From positions 1 through 63,036 of the IMG/VR virus record IMGVR_UViG_3300037504_000923: a stretch of DNA of 63,036 nt; one strand, written 5' to 3'. The translations under genes and the position numbers were made by a program. The first letter of the stretch is position 1. Every line of letters starts with the position of its first letter. The stretch comes from a virus. The notes under the pieces were generated by a model, which saw nothing but the letters and a program-made list of their open reading frames with translations, was not told where the DNA came from and ran no database searches. Below are positions 9,129 through 18,281 of this stretch, piece by piece.

Positions 9129-9364
9129 ATAAAATATTAATAATACATTTAAAAGCTGAAACACCACCGGATGAATATAGCAATCCTGTGACTGGTGATA
9201 TTGAATATCATAGTCATACAGAAGATCCACTTGTTATTTTAAATATTTGGAAAGTCGAACCTTTGCCTGAATGCCTGAAGGTTGAATGTTATGGTATTGA
9301 TACGTATTTCATACCTTGGGAAAATATTCGTTATACTCAATTGACTGAAAAAGAGGAGAAATAA
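9125..9364 (+). CDS. Hypothetical protein (paralogue of 9366..9629)
   Basis: Shares a C-terminal (F/W)IPxxNIxY motif with the next ORF. Confidence 0.5.
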   Translation: MNKILIIHLKAETPPDEYSNPVTGDIEYHSHTEDPLVILNIWKVEPLPECLKVECYGIDTYFIPWENIRYTQLTEKEEK

Positions 9365-9365
9365 A

Positions 9366-9629
9366 ATGAGAAAAACCAGAGTGACAATCGTATTAAAATC
9401 AGTTTCCAAACGGGAAGTCATAGAAGATGCAATAAGAGGTGATAAGAAAATAAATACAATTCATGAAACTATCAAAATCGATGATGTATTGAGTGTGAGT
9501 ACTTCTGATGAAGAAAGGTATCTGATCGTAACCGGTGATGGGGCAGATATAAATCGAGATTGGTGGATTCCAACTGCTAATATTCATTATATAATTGAAG
9601 AGGAGTATGAAGATAAAGAAACTAACTGA
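9366..9629 (+). CDS. Hypothetical protein (paralogue of 9125..9364)
   Basis: WWIPTANIHYIIE compares with YFIPWENIRYTQL in the upstream ORF. Confidence 0.5.
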   Translation: MRKTRVTIVLKSVSKREVIEDAIRGDKKINTIHETIKIDDVLSVSTSDEERYLIVTGDGADINRDWWIPTANIHYIIEEEYEDKETN

Positions 9630-9810
9630 TGAAAGCCCGATGCCTTTTGGCAAACACAAAGGAACAGAAATGAGTGATGTTCCTGCAGACTATCTCCTGT
9701 GGCTTGGTGAACAGATGGCTCACGAAGACTCGTTACCTGACTGGAAAAAACCAGTGTATGATTACATAGAAGATAATTATGAAGCATTACAAAAGGAGGT
9801 TGAAAAATAA
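9595..9810 (+). CDS. DUF3820-like protein
   Basis: The MPFGKHKG...VPADYLLWL motif is characteristic of the DUF3820 family. The true start may be an internal Met. Confidence 0.6.
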   Translation: MKRSMKIKKLTDESPMPFGKHKGTEMSDVPADYLLWLGEQMAHEDSLPDWKKPVYDYIEDNYEALQKEVEK

Positions 9811-9812
9811 CT

Positions 9813-9920
9813 ATGGAACCAGTCGATCCAATCTACATCTACATTGTAATAGGAATCATAGCAATAGCTATATTTCTAACGATAAAAGGAATATCAAACA
9901 GAAACGAAGGCAAAAAATGA
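9813..9920 (+). CDS. Small single-pass membrane protein (35 aa)
   Basis: Hand translation MEPVDPIYIYIVIGIIAIAIFLTIKGISNRNEGKK. AAAGGAGG lies upstream and the stop forms an ATGA overlap with the next gene. Confidence 0.45.
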   Translation: MEPVDPIYIYIVIGIIAIAIFLTIKGISNRNEGKK

Positions 9921-10486
9921 ATCCTATATTTGAAAATCCATTATTCCAAGCAATATCTTTTACTTTGCCTATTGTGGCGTTAATGGGATATTTGTTTTAT
10001 ATTTCAATGAGACCCCGAATAAGACAACTTCGTATCATTGAAGATTTAAAACGAAAAAAAGTATCACCTTATATCACTTCAGGTCTAATTCAAGGTAAAC
10101 ACAATGAAAAAGAAGATCCTAGCTTCTTCAATCTTAAAATACCTAAAAAAGAAAGAAAAACAAAAGCCTCCACGGAAGTGATTTGGAAAATGGTAGGTGA
10201 TTATTATAACATACCGCCTGTCAAATTATTAGAACCAATTAGAAAACACGAAGTAAAAGAAAAAAGACAAATTATTATGTACCTGGCCACAATCTATACT
10301 ATTGAGGGACCAACAAATATAGGTTTATTTTTCAACAAAACTCATGCTACCGTTTTGCATGCCTACAAAAGAATCAGAGACCTGCAAGATAATGAAATCA
10401 AATTAGCAAATCAAATTGAAACATTAAGACAAAAGATTGAATCAAATTTAGAATTTCATACCAATCCAAAATACTATCACGATTGA
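9917..10486 (+). CDS. Membrane-anchored protein with DnaA domain IV-like HTH
   Basis: N-terminal TM segment LFQAISFTLPIVALMGYLFYISM. C-terminal KRQIIMYLATIYTIEGPTNIGLFFNKTHATVLHAYKRI matches the DnaA C-terminal pattern R.iamYL...s...IG..F.rdHsTVlha. Confidence 0.6.
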   Translation: MNPIFENPLFQAISFTLPIVALMGYLFYISMRPRIRQLRIIEDLKRKKVSPYITSGLIQGKHNEKEDPSFFNLKIPKKERKTKASTEVIWKMVGDYYNIPPVKLLEPIRKHEVKEKRQIIMYLATIYTIEGPTNIGLFFNKTHATVLHAYKRIRDLQDNEIKLANQIETLRQKIESNLEFHTNPKYYHD

Positions 10487-10942
10487 AACACCCCATGTCA
10501 TCCAAACCCACCACGGAGTATATGGTTTTTCAATAGGCACTTCCACTTTCTTTTCTAAAAATACCGTATCCGTTCTCATTTTCATTATCTCAATCGTTTC
10601 ATGGAGTATTTGAATAGAATCTAATAAGTAACCTTTCACCTGCAACTGATTATTTTTTAGTTCCGTTTGAATAGAGTCTTCCCCTTCAATTCTATTCAAC
10701 AAGACATTATAATTTGAGTCACATTCTAAAAACATCATCCATTCGAGTGAGTCCAAGAAAGGTTCCATTCGTACATCGGTGTATTTGACAGAATCATTTG
10801 TAATATTTCCTTTTTCTACTTTCAATACAGGCACCGCACCATAAAATCTGAGAATATCCTCACGGTTATTTTTTAACCATTTATGATATAAACCACAACT
10901 CGTAGCTATAAATATTAGTATAAGTATCAAAATTTGCCTCAT
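10448..10942 (-). CDS. Putative unimolecular spanin (N-terminal lipoprotein signal plus C-terminal TM)
   Basis: MRQILILILIFIATSCG carries a lipobox (ATSC). The C-terminus is the TM segment PWWVWMTWGVSIVIVFWIGMKF. It is the last gene of the lysis cassette. Confidence 0.5.
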   Translation of the reverse strand: MRQILILILIFIATSCGLYHKWLKNNREDILRFYGAVPVLKVEKGNITNDSVKYTDVRMEPFLDSLEWMMFLECDSNYNVLLNRIEGEDSIQTELKNNQLQVKGYLLDSIQILHETIEIMKMRTDTVFLEKKVEVPIEKPYTPWWVWMTWGVSIVIVFWIGMKF

Positions 10943-11019
10943 TTCCTTGCGATTTTTAAGAGGAAACTCCTAAAGTAATGTAATTATATAACTTTAAGAA
11001 TTTCCTCGAAATTTACATC

Positions 11020-11292
11020 TTACTTCAATAATTCATTCAAATCACGTTTTTTCTTCCAGTTGAATTTCCAAATACTAGTTAAAACAGGAATAACGACTTC
11101 GAGAGTTTTCATTGCTCGATCAGCGAATTCCTGTTTTTCTTTGTCCGTGATTTTTCCATCCTCTTTAATGGCTTTCCATTTCTCCACAGTCTTCTCAACT
11201 GCTTTTTTGGCTTCCTTCATGTCAACCCAGTGCTTCACAAAGAATGTGATCAACACTATAACAAATCCTAAAATGCTCATTAATGTTTCCAT
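11020..11292 (-). CDS. Holin-like small membrane protein
   Basis: N-terminal TM segment SILGFVIVLITFFV followed by a charged tail, adjacent to the lysin candidate. Confidence 0.4.
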   Translation of the reverse strand: METLMSILGFVIVLITFFVKHWVDMKEAKKAVEKTVEKWKAIKEDGKITDKEKQEFADRAMKTLEVVIPVLTSIWKFNWKKKRDLNELLK

Positions 11293-11309
11293 AATCCATA
11301 AATTTTAAA

Positions 11310-11756
11310 TTAAACAATAGTTATTCTCGCTTTGCCTCCATGGTCTTGTATCATTTGAACAAGATCCCTTTCGGCTTCTCTACTTCTCCAAATTTGATCT
11401 CCATCCTCATCCTTTTCATATCCAACCAATATACATCCAAGCGAATGAGCTATTCTGTTTCCTGAATGTATCTGAATGTAATCAAAATGATTGACATCTC
11501 TGAGTTGAGGAACCACTCTGCCCCGGGATGGGCTTTCACGTAGGAATATCTCATATATCCCGTATGGAATAGCCGTTTCTCCATACACCTTCTCCTCACC
11601 CGAATCATTCAAATCACCATCTGCATTTAAATCCCTCACCTGATCCTCAAGGGTATGCATGAGGAATTCACCAGTCGTCTTATTGAAAAGTTTACCGTGG
11701 GTGAATTTCTTACCCTCATGCACATTCAACCTAATTAATAATAATTCCAATCCCAT
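11310..11756 (-). CDS. DUF5675-like protein, candidate cell-wall enzyme/endolysin
   Basis: IQIHSGNRIAHSLGCILVG resembles the H.G....S.GC signature of YkuD-like folds and of DUF5675. It sits between membrane proteins. Confidence 0.4.
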   Translation of the reverse strand: MGLELLLIRLNVHEGKKFTHGKLFNKTTGEFLMHTLEDQVRDLNADGDLNDSGEEKVYGETAIPYGIYEIFLRESPSRGRVVPQLRDVNHFDYIQIHSGNRIAHSLGCILVGYEKDEDGDQIWRSREAERDLVQMIQDHGGKARITIV

Positions 11757-11770
11757 AGTTCATTAAGTTT

Positions 11771-12118
11771 TTATTTGTGTAATAAAGGAACTATTGCATT
11801 CCCTCCTCCTCGTGTAATAACTGGGTCATTATCTAATTCATGTAACTCACGGAAATAACGAATATGAGCCGTGTGATTATCAAGACGTTGTTCGTGTGTT
11901 TCAGAAATCTGCTCCAAGTCTGTTATCCTCTTCTGATGATTACTTAACATAATACGCATTGTTATATAACTACCACCGAGCATTAGAATCACACCAGATA
12001 CGACAGTCACGACAATGGCTTTAAACCATTTTTTCAGATGCAATGATTTTTCTACTGCTTGTTTGGAGGATTCATGTATAACCTCCTTCATTAACTTAAT
12101 TTGTTCTTCTGTACTCAT
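11771..12118 (-). CDS. Membrane protein (holin/antiholin candidate)
   Basis: Central TM segment AIVVTVVSGVILMLGGSYITM followed by a coiled-coil segment. Confidence 0.4.
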   Translation of the reverse strand: MSTEEQIKLMKEVIHESSKQAVEKSLHLKKWFKAIVVTVVSGVILMLGGSYITMRIMLSNHQKRITDLEQISETHEQRLDNHTAHIRYFRELHELDNDPVITRGGGNAIVPLLHK

Positions 12119-12119
12119 A

Positions 12120-14849
12120 TTACCAAGCTATTGAGACGTTATCACTAATGTTATTTGTATCACCATCATCCAGAACCTGTAATGAAGCGATTCCATTTGA
12201 AAGTATATAATACATTGTTAATTGAGTTGCCCCGGTTTTTTCGATATATGAAATATTTGCTGTAAAAGAAGTACCATTTGTTTCAAAACCCCCGTTAACA
12301 ATCAACTTATCACCAGTCTTTCCAAAGTAAGGACTTAACTTATCATACCAATCATTTTCATCCTGAGTCGTTGAATTATGCCATGTATCCTGAGCCATGT
12401 GACTGCCTTTGACCGCTGTGGTTATTACTGTATCTTCAACCGTATGATTACCATTAATTCTCATTCCTCCTTGCGTTACATTGACTGAATCTGCCTGTAT
12501 TTCTATAAGTTCATAAGTTGAATTGTCATAGTCATAAGCCTTCATTAGTACAAGATCAAGACTATTTTCCCAACGCAATTCAAGACCTACACCTGTTGAA
12601 GGCACTATTGTTCCATCCACCCGTAACCCGTCAAAATAACTATTGCCATCAAAATCATTACTTCCCGTTCCATTCTGATCAATTTCACCCGATAGAGTTA
12701 TATCTGTTCCTGTAAGAGTATTAGAAAAATTCCCAGTTCCCGAAACATCAAGGGTGTAGCTGGGTGAAGTTTTTCCTATTCCTACGTTGCCCTGAAAATA
12801 AGAATCGCCTGTTCCATCTACTTGGAGGTTGCCATCGGTGATGTTAACGTTGCCTCCACCTAAATTGATTGGTATTCCTCTTATATCTAATCTTTCATAA
12901 TTATTTCCATCTCTGTCATAAGGATATATGACACCATAATTCGATGCTGTATTATATTTTAGTTCTAATCCTGAGCCAGTTGTTGGTACATTTATTGTTC
13001 CATTTATAACTATATTATTGTCTGTTATATTCCCTTGATCCGTCACATTCTGTAGGGTTGACCAAGTTCTTGTAGCTACTCGGTTGTTGTTTTCTCTTAA
13101 ATCAGTTGAAATATTTACATAAGAACCATCGTAAGCCCACTCTGTCATTATTTTAGTGGACGTTCTATTATACATCCATAACTCATTGTTTTCTGGACGG
13201 TGGTATAATTCAAACGAAGCATTATTACCAGCATCAGTCATTTTCAATTGCTGGTAATCCCGCTGAACCCTTATGTAATCTGTTGTTGAATAATCATCAA
13301 GATTTGAAAGTCCTGTATTATGAGGATTTGAAGTATTTGAAAAGTGTGAATAAGAAGATGTAATATAGCCCTGTGATGTTACCCAACTCTGTGTTGCCAT
13401 CGTGTACCAGCTACTCCATACGCCTGTAGATGAATTTCCCTGCCTGAATAATAGATCATTATTACCATCCTGGTTGCCTATTTGCCAAGCATTATCCCCT
13501 CCATCCTGCTCCCATGCAACAATATGGTTTGGGCTTCCTGATATAGATATATCATAGAATCCTGAGTAGGTAAGATTATCCTCCGCTCCGCTGGCAATAT
13601 CCTGTGTCTCAATTTTTGCTGAACTAATACCATTAACCCAATTGCTGCCATCATATCTCAATACCTCCCCGGTGCCCGGAGAAGATACTGAGACATCCCC
13701 CAAATTATCAATTGTTGATCCATCAAAATCATTGGACGAATCCTTATCCCAACCATCAAAAGCCGTCTCATCTCCCGATATATCACTGTCTGTATAATAG
13801 TCATGTTGAGCTGTAGAACCATGGTCAGCATCATTGTTGATCGCTGTCTGTACTTCGCTTTCCGAATCATAAAACCCACTTGTGGTGTTGTCATATAGAC
13901 TTAAATCATCATTGACTACGAAATCTACATTATTACTGACATCATCATACGTGACATTGATAAGAGTTTGCGTTCCGGTAAGAACGTCCCACGCATCATC
14001 CTGTACCTCTTCTTTAGATAACTCCGTGTCCTTGAATTTCACAGTGTTTCCGTTTTCTATTGATAGACTGAAAACTCTATTAGATGAATCAATTGATAAC
14101 GTCTGGTCATCCGTTTCAATAGCCAAAACAGAATCCCTCACATCTGCTTTGAAAATAGGATCCTCTTCTTCAATTCCTCCGCCTCCATGTGTAGTATCTG
14201 GCCAAAGATTTTTCACGAATAATGTATCATTTCGCGTGTAAAAGACACTATCCGAGACAATGATATTACCATTAACCATTAGACGGTGATCATTGTGCAC
14301 ATCCTCAAAATAATAAGGATAACCCCCTACCAATACCCCGGAATGATTAGTAGCAGTATCTGCATATATGACAAGCGGTGGTTCGTCGGCATTTCTAATA
14401 CCAAAACGATAATATTGAAAAAGTGATGCATTCAATCCAGCTCGAACCGGACGAATAACCATATCAGTATTTTTCTGTATATCATTTGATCCTTGAACAA
14501 TTAACCTTCCTCCTAATTGTAGTGAATCAGGCCAGGTTTGATCAATCAAACTTGAATCTTGTATTACATTCGAAATACTATCTCTTATGTCTGCTTTGAA
14601 GTGAGGATCAGTTTCAGTCCCTCCTCCTGCATTCATTAATTTATTTATCCAAATTGAATCGGTGGCAGTCAAAAAAACTGTGTCACCTTGAAAATACACT
14701 GCCAAGGTATCTGCCAAATCAAAACTTATGAAATGCATGGTTCCATAAATTGGTTCATTCTGACTATTTGGAATAGTATCAACCTGCGATTTTACAATAA
14801 AACCCGTAAAAAATAAAAAGATAAATAAAATTAATTTTTTCATAGTCAC
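12120..14849 (-). CDS. Tail fibre / receptor-binding protein with N-terminal signal-like peptide
   Basis: 909 aa, rich in G/N/T/S/D. Contains the tail-fibre motif GNVGIGKTSPSYTLDVSGTGNF and duplicated DP(H/I)FKAD(I/V)RDS segments. The N-terminus is MKKLILFIFLFFTGFIVKSQ. Confidence 0.65.
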   Translation of the reverse strand: MTMKKLILFIFLFFTGFIVKSQVDTIPNSQNEPIYGTMHFISFDLADTLAVYFQGDTVFLTATDSIWINKLMNAGGGTETDPHFKADIRDSISNVIQDSSLIDQTWPDSLQLGGRLIVQGSNDIQKNTDMVIRPVRAGLNASLFQYYRFGIRNADEPPLVIYADTATNHSGVLVGGYPYYFEDVHNDHRLMVNGNIIVSDSVFYTRNDTLFVKNLWPDTTHGGGGIEEEDPIFKADVRDSVLAIETDDQTLSIDSSNRVFSLSIENGNTVKFKDTELSKEEVQDDAWDVLTGTQTLINVTYDDVSNNVDFVVNDDLSLYDNTTSGFYDSESEVQTAINNDADHGSTAQHDYYTDSDISGDETAFDGWDKDSSNDFDGSTIDNLGDVSVSSPGTGEVLRYDGSNWVNGISSAKIETQDIASGAEDNLTYSGFYDISISGSPNHIVAWEQDGGDNAWQIGNQDGNNDLLFRQGNSSTGVWSSWYTMATQSWVTSQGYITSSYSHFSNTSNPHNTGLSNLDDYSTTDYIRVQRDYQQLKMTDAGNNASFELYHRPENNELWMYNRTSTKIMTEWAYDGSYVNISTDLRENNNRVATRTWSTLQNVTDQGNITDNNIVINGTINVPTTGSGLELKYNTASNYGVIYPYDRDGNNYERLDIRGIPINLGGGNVNITDGNLQVDGTGDSYFQGNVGIGKTSPSYTLDVSGTGNFSNTLTGTDITLSGEIDQNGTGSNDFDGNSYFDGLRVDGTIVPSTGVGLELRWENSLDLVLMKAYDYDNSTYELIEIQADSVNVTQGGMRINGNHTVEDTVITTAVKGSHMAQDTWHNSTTQDENDWYDKLSPYFGKTGDKLIVNGGFETNGTSFTANISYIEKTGATQLTMYYILSNGIASLQVLDDGDTNNISDNVSIAW

Positions 14850-14861
14850 TTCCTCTCATTA

Positions 14862-17800
14862 TTATAATATTCGATATGTGAATTCCGTACCTGCTGAATG
14901 AGGGTAATTCACTGTCAATGTGAATACCCCAGTAGATTTATTAGTTATTGTGAAATTTGTAATCTGTTTATTATCCACACCTAATACCACTATTATATTC
15001 TGATCTCCTTTTGTATGTGATATGACAATTTGTCTGTTATCCAAATCAGCTCCTGTAAACGTTCCACTATCTCCTTCGATCAATGCATTAATTTCATTTT
15101 CCTTCAAATATTCACTCAAATCAATATCTCCTCCATCATCTCCCCCACCAGTCGGAGTTCCTTCTGTAGTATAAGTCAAAGAACCTGTGCTCTCTGTTAA
15201 TACCACTTTTTTACTTATAATACTATCTCCAGACGGTTCATCAGGTAGTAATTGATGAAACTCTCCATTATATTCCTTTTTGCGAATATCCCAATCACCT
15301 CCGGTCGGTATCATCTTCATATTACCATTCAATGTGTCATTTATTATATCAAACATCTGTACCCCGCCTTGTATCTGTGCATCCAATAAGGCCTGATTAG
15401 TAGCATATTGTTTAAGGTATCGTTTGCGTGTTATATCTATTAATGATTCATATTCAGGCGAATTAATATCCGTAAACCAAGTGGATGTTAATTGATAATC
15501 ATTATTTTCATCTAAATAATACAAGGCGTTTTTCATTATTTGAAAAGAGTTTGGAAACTCCTTTGGCACATCACCTAGTTCGAAAGATATTTCCAAATCT
15601 TCCGTAAATAAATTTGTATGATAATCTTCGTAATAACTCTCAATCCTTTGACCTGTTTTTTGAATTGATTTGATTTCTATTTTTGTATTTTTGATAGCAC
15701 AACGAGTAATATCTCCCGAGTCAATAATACTTGAATCTGGTTGTCTGATATACAGTGTAGCTTGAGCCGTGTCTGCACTAAACCCAGATGGATAGTTGAA
15801 AGCATATTTGATAGTCTTAGCAGATTTACTAGCATTGAACATACCTATATAGGTTTCACTCTCGACAAATTCGTCAGTCAACTGTAGATACAAAGTATCT
15901 GTACCATCCGTCAATTTCAATTTGATTTCAAAAAAAGCACTTTCCAAAATTTCAATAGAAAATTGATAGTCATAATCCCCTGTTTTATATTGACCGCTGA
16001 TTCGTTCTATTTCAAAATTTTGGATTAATTCATATCTATTCCCTACATGCTCAGAATCATCCTCTATGTACAATACTTCATTTTGTAGATATATTTCACC
16101 TAAATAATCACTACGAATGACACCTGCTAAAGTCCAATTCCAAGGGTATTGTAGGTTATAAGCATTTGCCTTTGAAAAATTTTGGAATTTTGGAAATTGT
16201 AATATTTGAGCAACTACTCCAAAATCCTGATTACTAATTATTTTTTTATATGGTTTATTATATCGTTGAAGACCAGAGGCATATACAAAAAGATTATCTG
16301 AATCATGTCCACCTACCTCAATTGTATTATCTATATCAACCGTCTCAACATATTGTCCTCGATAACTGTAGATATTACAACGTATAGAGGTTTCATGTAA
16401 TTTCCCAATAGGAATGATTTCCCATCTACCTTTTCTTTGCCTAATAACCGTACCAAAAGTCTTCATAATTGACTCAATGGTTGAATAAGCATCCTTTCCA
16501 TTATAACGAATCGCTTGCACGTATGTCTGAGCAAGTGAGGAACGTCCGGTATCATGATGTACTTCAAAAGCGTCTGTTGCATCATATATTCGTAGATTAA
16601 AACCTATCGAGGATAATGCATCTACCAAAATACTCATCAATGACACTTTCTGATATACGGTTGTATTTTGAAATTCGAAATCTATGTTTTTAAGGTCTTT
16701 GAGGGCATCATACGCTTTCAAAACAAGAGGTATATTACCGGGTAAACGAGGTCGTTCATAGAAATCAGTTAATACGTATCCCTGCCATAAAGTTTGCGTT
16801 TCTCCTGCAACCTGCGTAAAAGTATCAAATCCTGCTGAGGATGGATCAGTCGTGGATCCTCCATCCGTTGTCAATTTATAATTATAACCACTTCCTTTTT
16901 CATTATATACCAATAATTGAGTATTGTCATTCGGATCCAATTCAGGTGTATAATCTTCATTATTAGCAATAATATCATCTCTTAATCTTTCAAGTATATC
17001 TGCTATCGCATCACCTGAATATGCTTTTGCCTGTCCAATTGTTTGGAATCCAGTAGAATCCTCCTCTACTTCATATAAAAAAGTGTCTCCTCCATCATCT
17101 CCTCCACTGAAATTACTAGTTGAAAAAGTATAACTACTCCCATCCTTTTTTACCACTCGAATGTATGTTTCATTAACTTGGGTTGATTGTATTTCAATTC
17201 CATTACCATCTGCTCCAAGCTCCAATAACGTCAACTCTATTTTAGCGGCATTTGCAGAAGTGATCTCTGCTTGTATCTTTATTGTACGAATTCCATCATC
17301 TACAGAACTGTCCTTTAATATGTCTATGAAAACATTTTCATAGATTAATCCATCCAATTGAGATTGCAGATCAGATGCCACCGAGGATAATGTCTCACCG
17401 GACTCATATTCATGCCTTGCTATGACAATCTCTTTCTGCGTTTCTGATTCATTTGCTTCTACCAAACGTACTTCAATCCAATGAGGCTCGTAAGCCTGAT
17501 TATAATTATAATAAGTTTTCCCTGTAAAAGGATTCTCAGCCACTACCCAAAAATATATTATATTCCACTTATATTCTCTTTCATACTCAGCTTGAATCTT
17601 TAACTGGTAATCAGCATTTATATCAATATAAGATTCTGGGATATGCTTTAATGAAGTGGAAGATACCTTTGTTATATCTGAATCAGCTGCAAAAGCATCA
17701 ATCACATCTTCCACAGTTGAGATACTAGCAGAGGATACAGTTTTACGTGAAATAATAATAGCATTAGGAGAATCTATTCCTTCTGTCTCAGGAACCGCGT

Positions 17801-18281
17801 ATAAGGTGAATCTATAAGAATCATCATCCGTACCGGGTAAATCTAATGTACTACCTAAATCCAAAAGACATTCAACCTCCCCACTAAAACTACTCCCTGT
17901 CGCTGTGATTTCAATACTACCTGTAGCATCCGATGAAGTATTGGTTATATTTAATGTAGTTATACCAACTGTAGATTTATACGTAGAAACGGAATAATCA
18001 TACAGAATTGCCCTCCATTCCCTTTCAGTAACATTATTGAAATCACTATCAAAGTCATAGGATGAATGTTCCATATCTATAACTAATGAAGCCTTCAATA
18101 CGGTAGTTCTCATTTCTTTAAATTTACTTTCTCCATGACTTTGATCAGATACAATGATTGGATTAGAACTACCATTCATATAATAAGAGCCTCCTGAATA
18201 CCCATCCTGTTGAAGATGTAATTCATACTCCCCTCCATCAATGTCATAGACTTTCATCATATATTTAGTCGTATAGCTCAT
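14862..18281 (-). CDS. Large distal tail / baseplate protein (Dit/Tal-like position)
   Basis: 1139-aa ORF immediately downstream of the tape measure gene. Confidence 0.5.
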   Translation of the reverse strand: MSYTTKYMMKVYDIDGGEYELHLQQDGYSGGSYYMNGSSNPIIVSDQSHGESKFKEMRTTVLKASLVIDMEHSSYDFDSDFNNVTEREWRAILYDYSVSTYKSTVGITTLNITNTSSDATGSIEITATGSSFSGEVECLLDLGSTLDLPGTDDDSYRFTLYAVPETEGIDSPNAIIISRKTVSSASISTVEDVIDAFAADSDITKVSSTSLKHIPESYIDINADYQLKIQAEYEREYKWNIIYFWVVAENPFTGKTYYNYNQAYEPHWIEVRLVEANESETQKEIVIARHEYESGETLSSVASDLQSQLDGLIYENVFIDILKDSSVDDGIRTIKIQAEITSANAAKIELTLLELGADGNGIEIQSTQVNETYIRVVKKDGSSYTFSTSNFSGGDDGGDTFLYEVEEDSTGFQTIGQAKAYSGDAIADILERLRDDIIANNEDYTPELDPNDNTQLLVYNEKGSGYNYKLTTDGGSTTDPSSAGFDTFTQVAGETQTLWQGYVLTDFYERPRLPGNIPLVLKAYDALKDLKNIDFEFQNTTVYQKVSLMSILVDALSSIGFNLRIYDATDAFEVHHDTGRSSLAQTYVQAIRYNGKDAYSTIESIMKTFGTVIRQRKGRWEIIPIGKLHETSIRCNIYSYRGQYVETVDIDNTIEVGGHDSDNLFVYASGLQRYNKPYKKIISNQDFGVVAQILQFPKFQNFSKANAYNLQYPWNWTLAGVIRSDYLGEIYLQNEVLYIEDDSEHVGNRYELIQNFEIERISGQYKTGDYDYQFSIEILESAFFEIKLKLTDGTDTLYLQLTDEFVESETYIGMFNASKSAKTIKYAFNYPSGFSADTAQATLYIRQPDSSIIDSGDITRCAIKNTKIEIKSIQKTGQRIESYYEDYHTNLFTEDLEISFELGDVPKEFPNSFQIMKNALYYLDENNDYQLTSTWFTDINSPEYESLIDITRKRYLKQYATNQALLDAQIQGGVQMFDIINDTLNGNMKMIPTGGDWDIRKKEYNGEFHQLLPDEPSGDSIISKKVVLTESTGSLTYTTEGTPTGGGDDGGDIDLSEYLKENEINALIEGDSGTFTGADLDNRQIVISHTKGDQNIIVVLGVDNKQITNFTITNKSTGVFTLTVNYPHSAGTEFTYRIL

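Noticed and set aside
9779-9916. The N-terminal 46 residues of the listed ORF 9779-10486.
   Set aside because: It overlaps the DUF3820 gene end and a better-supported small membrane ORF (9813-9920) in another frame. The Met at 9917 directly precedes the TM helix and is coupled by ATGA.
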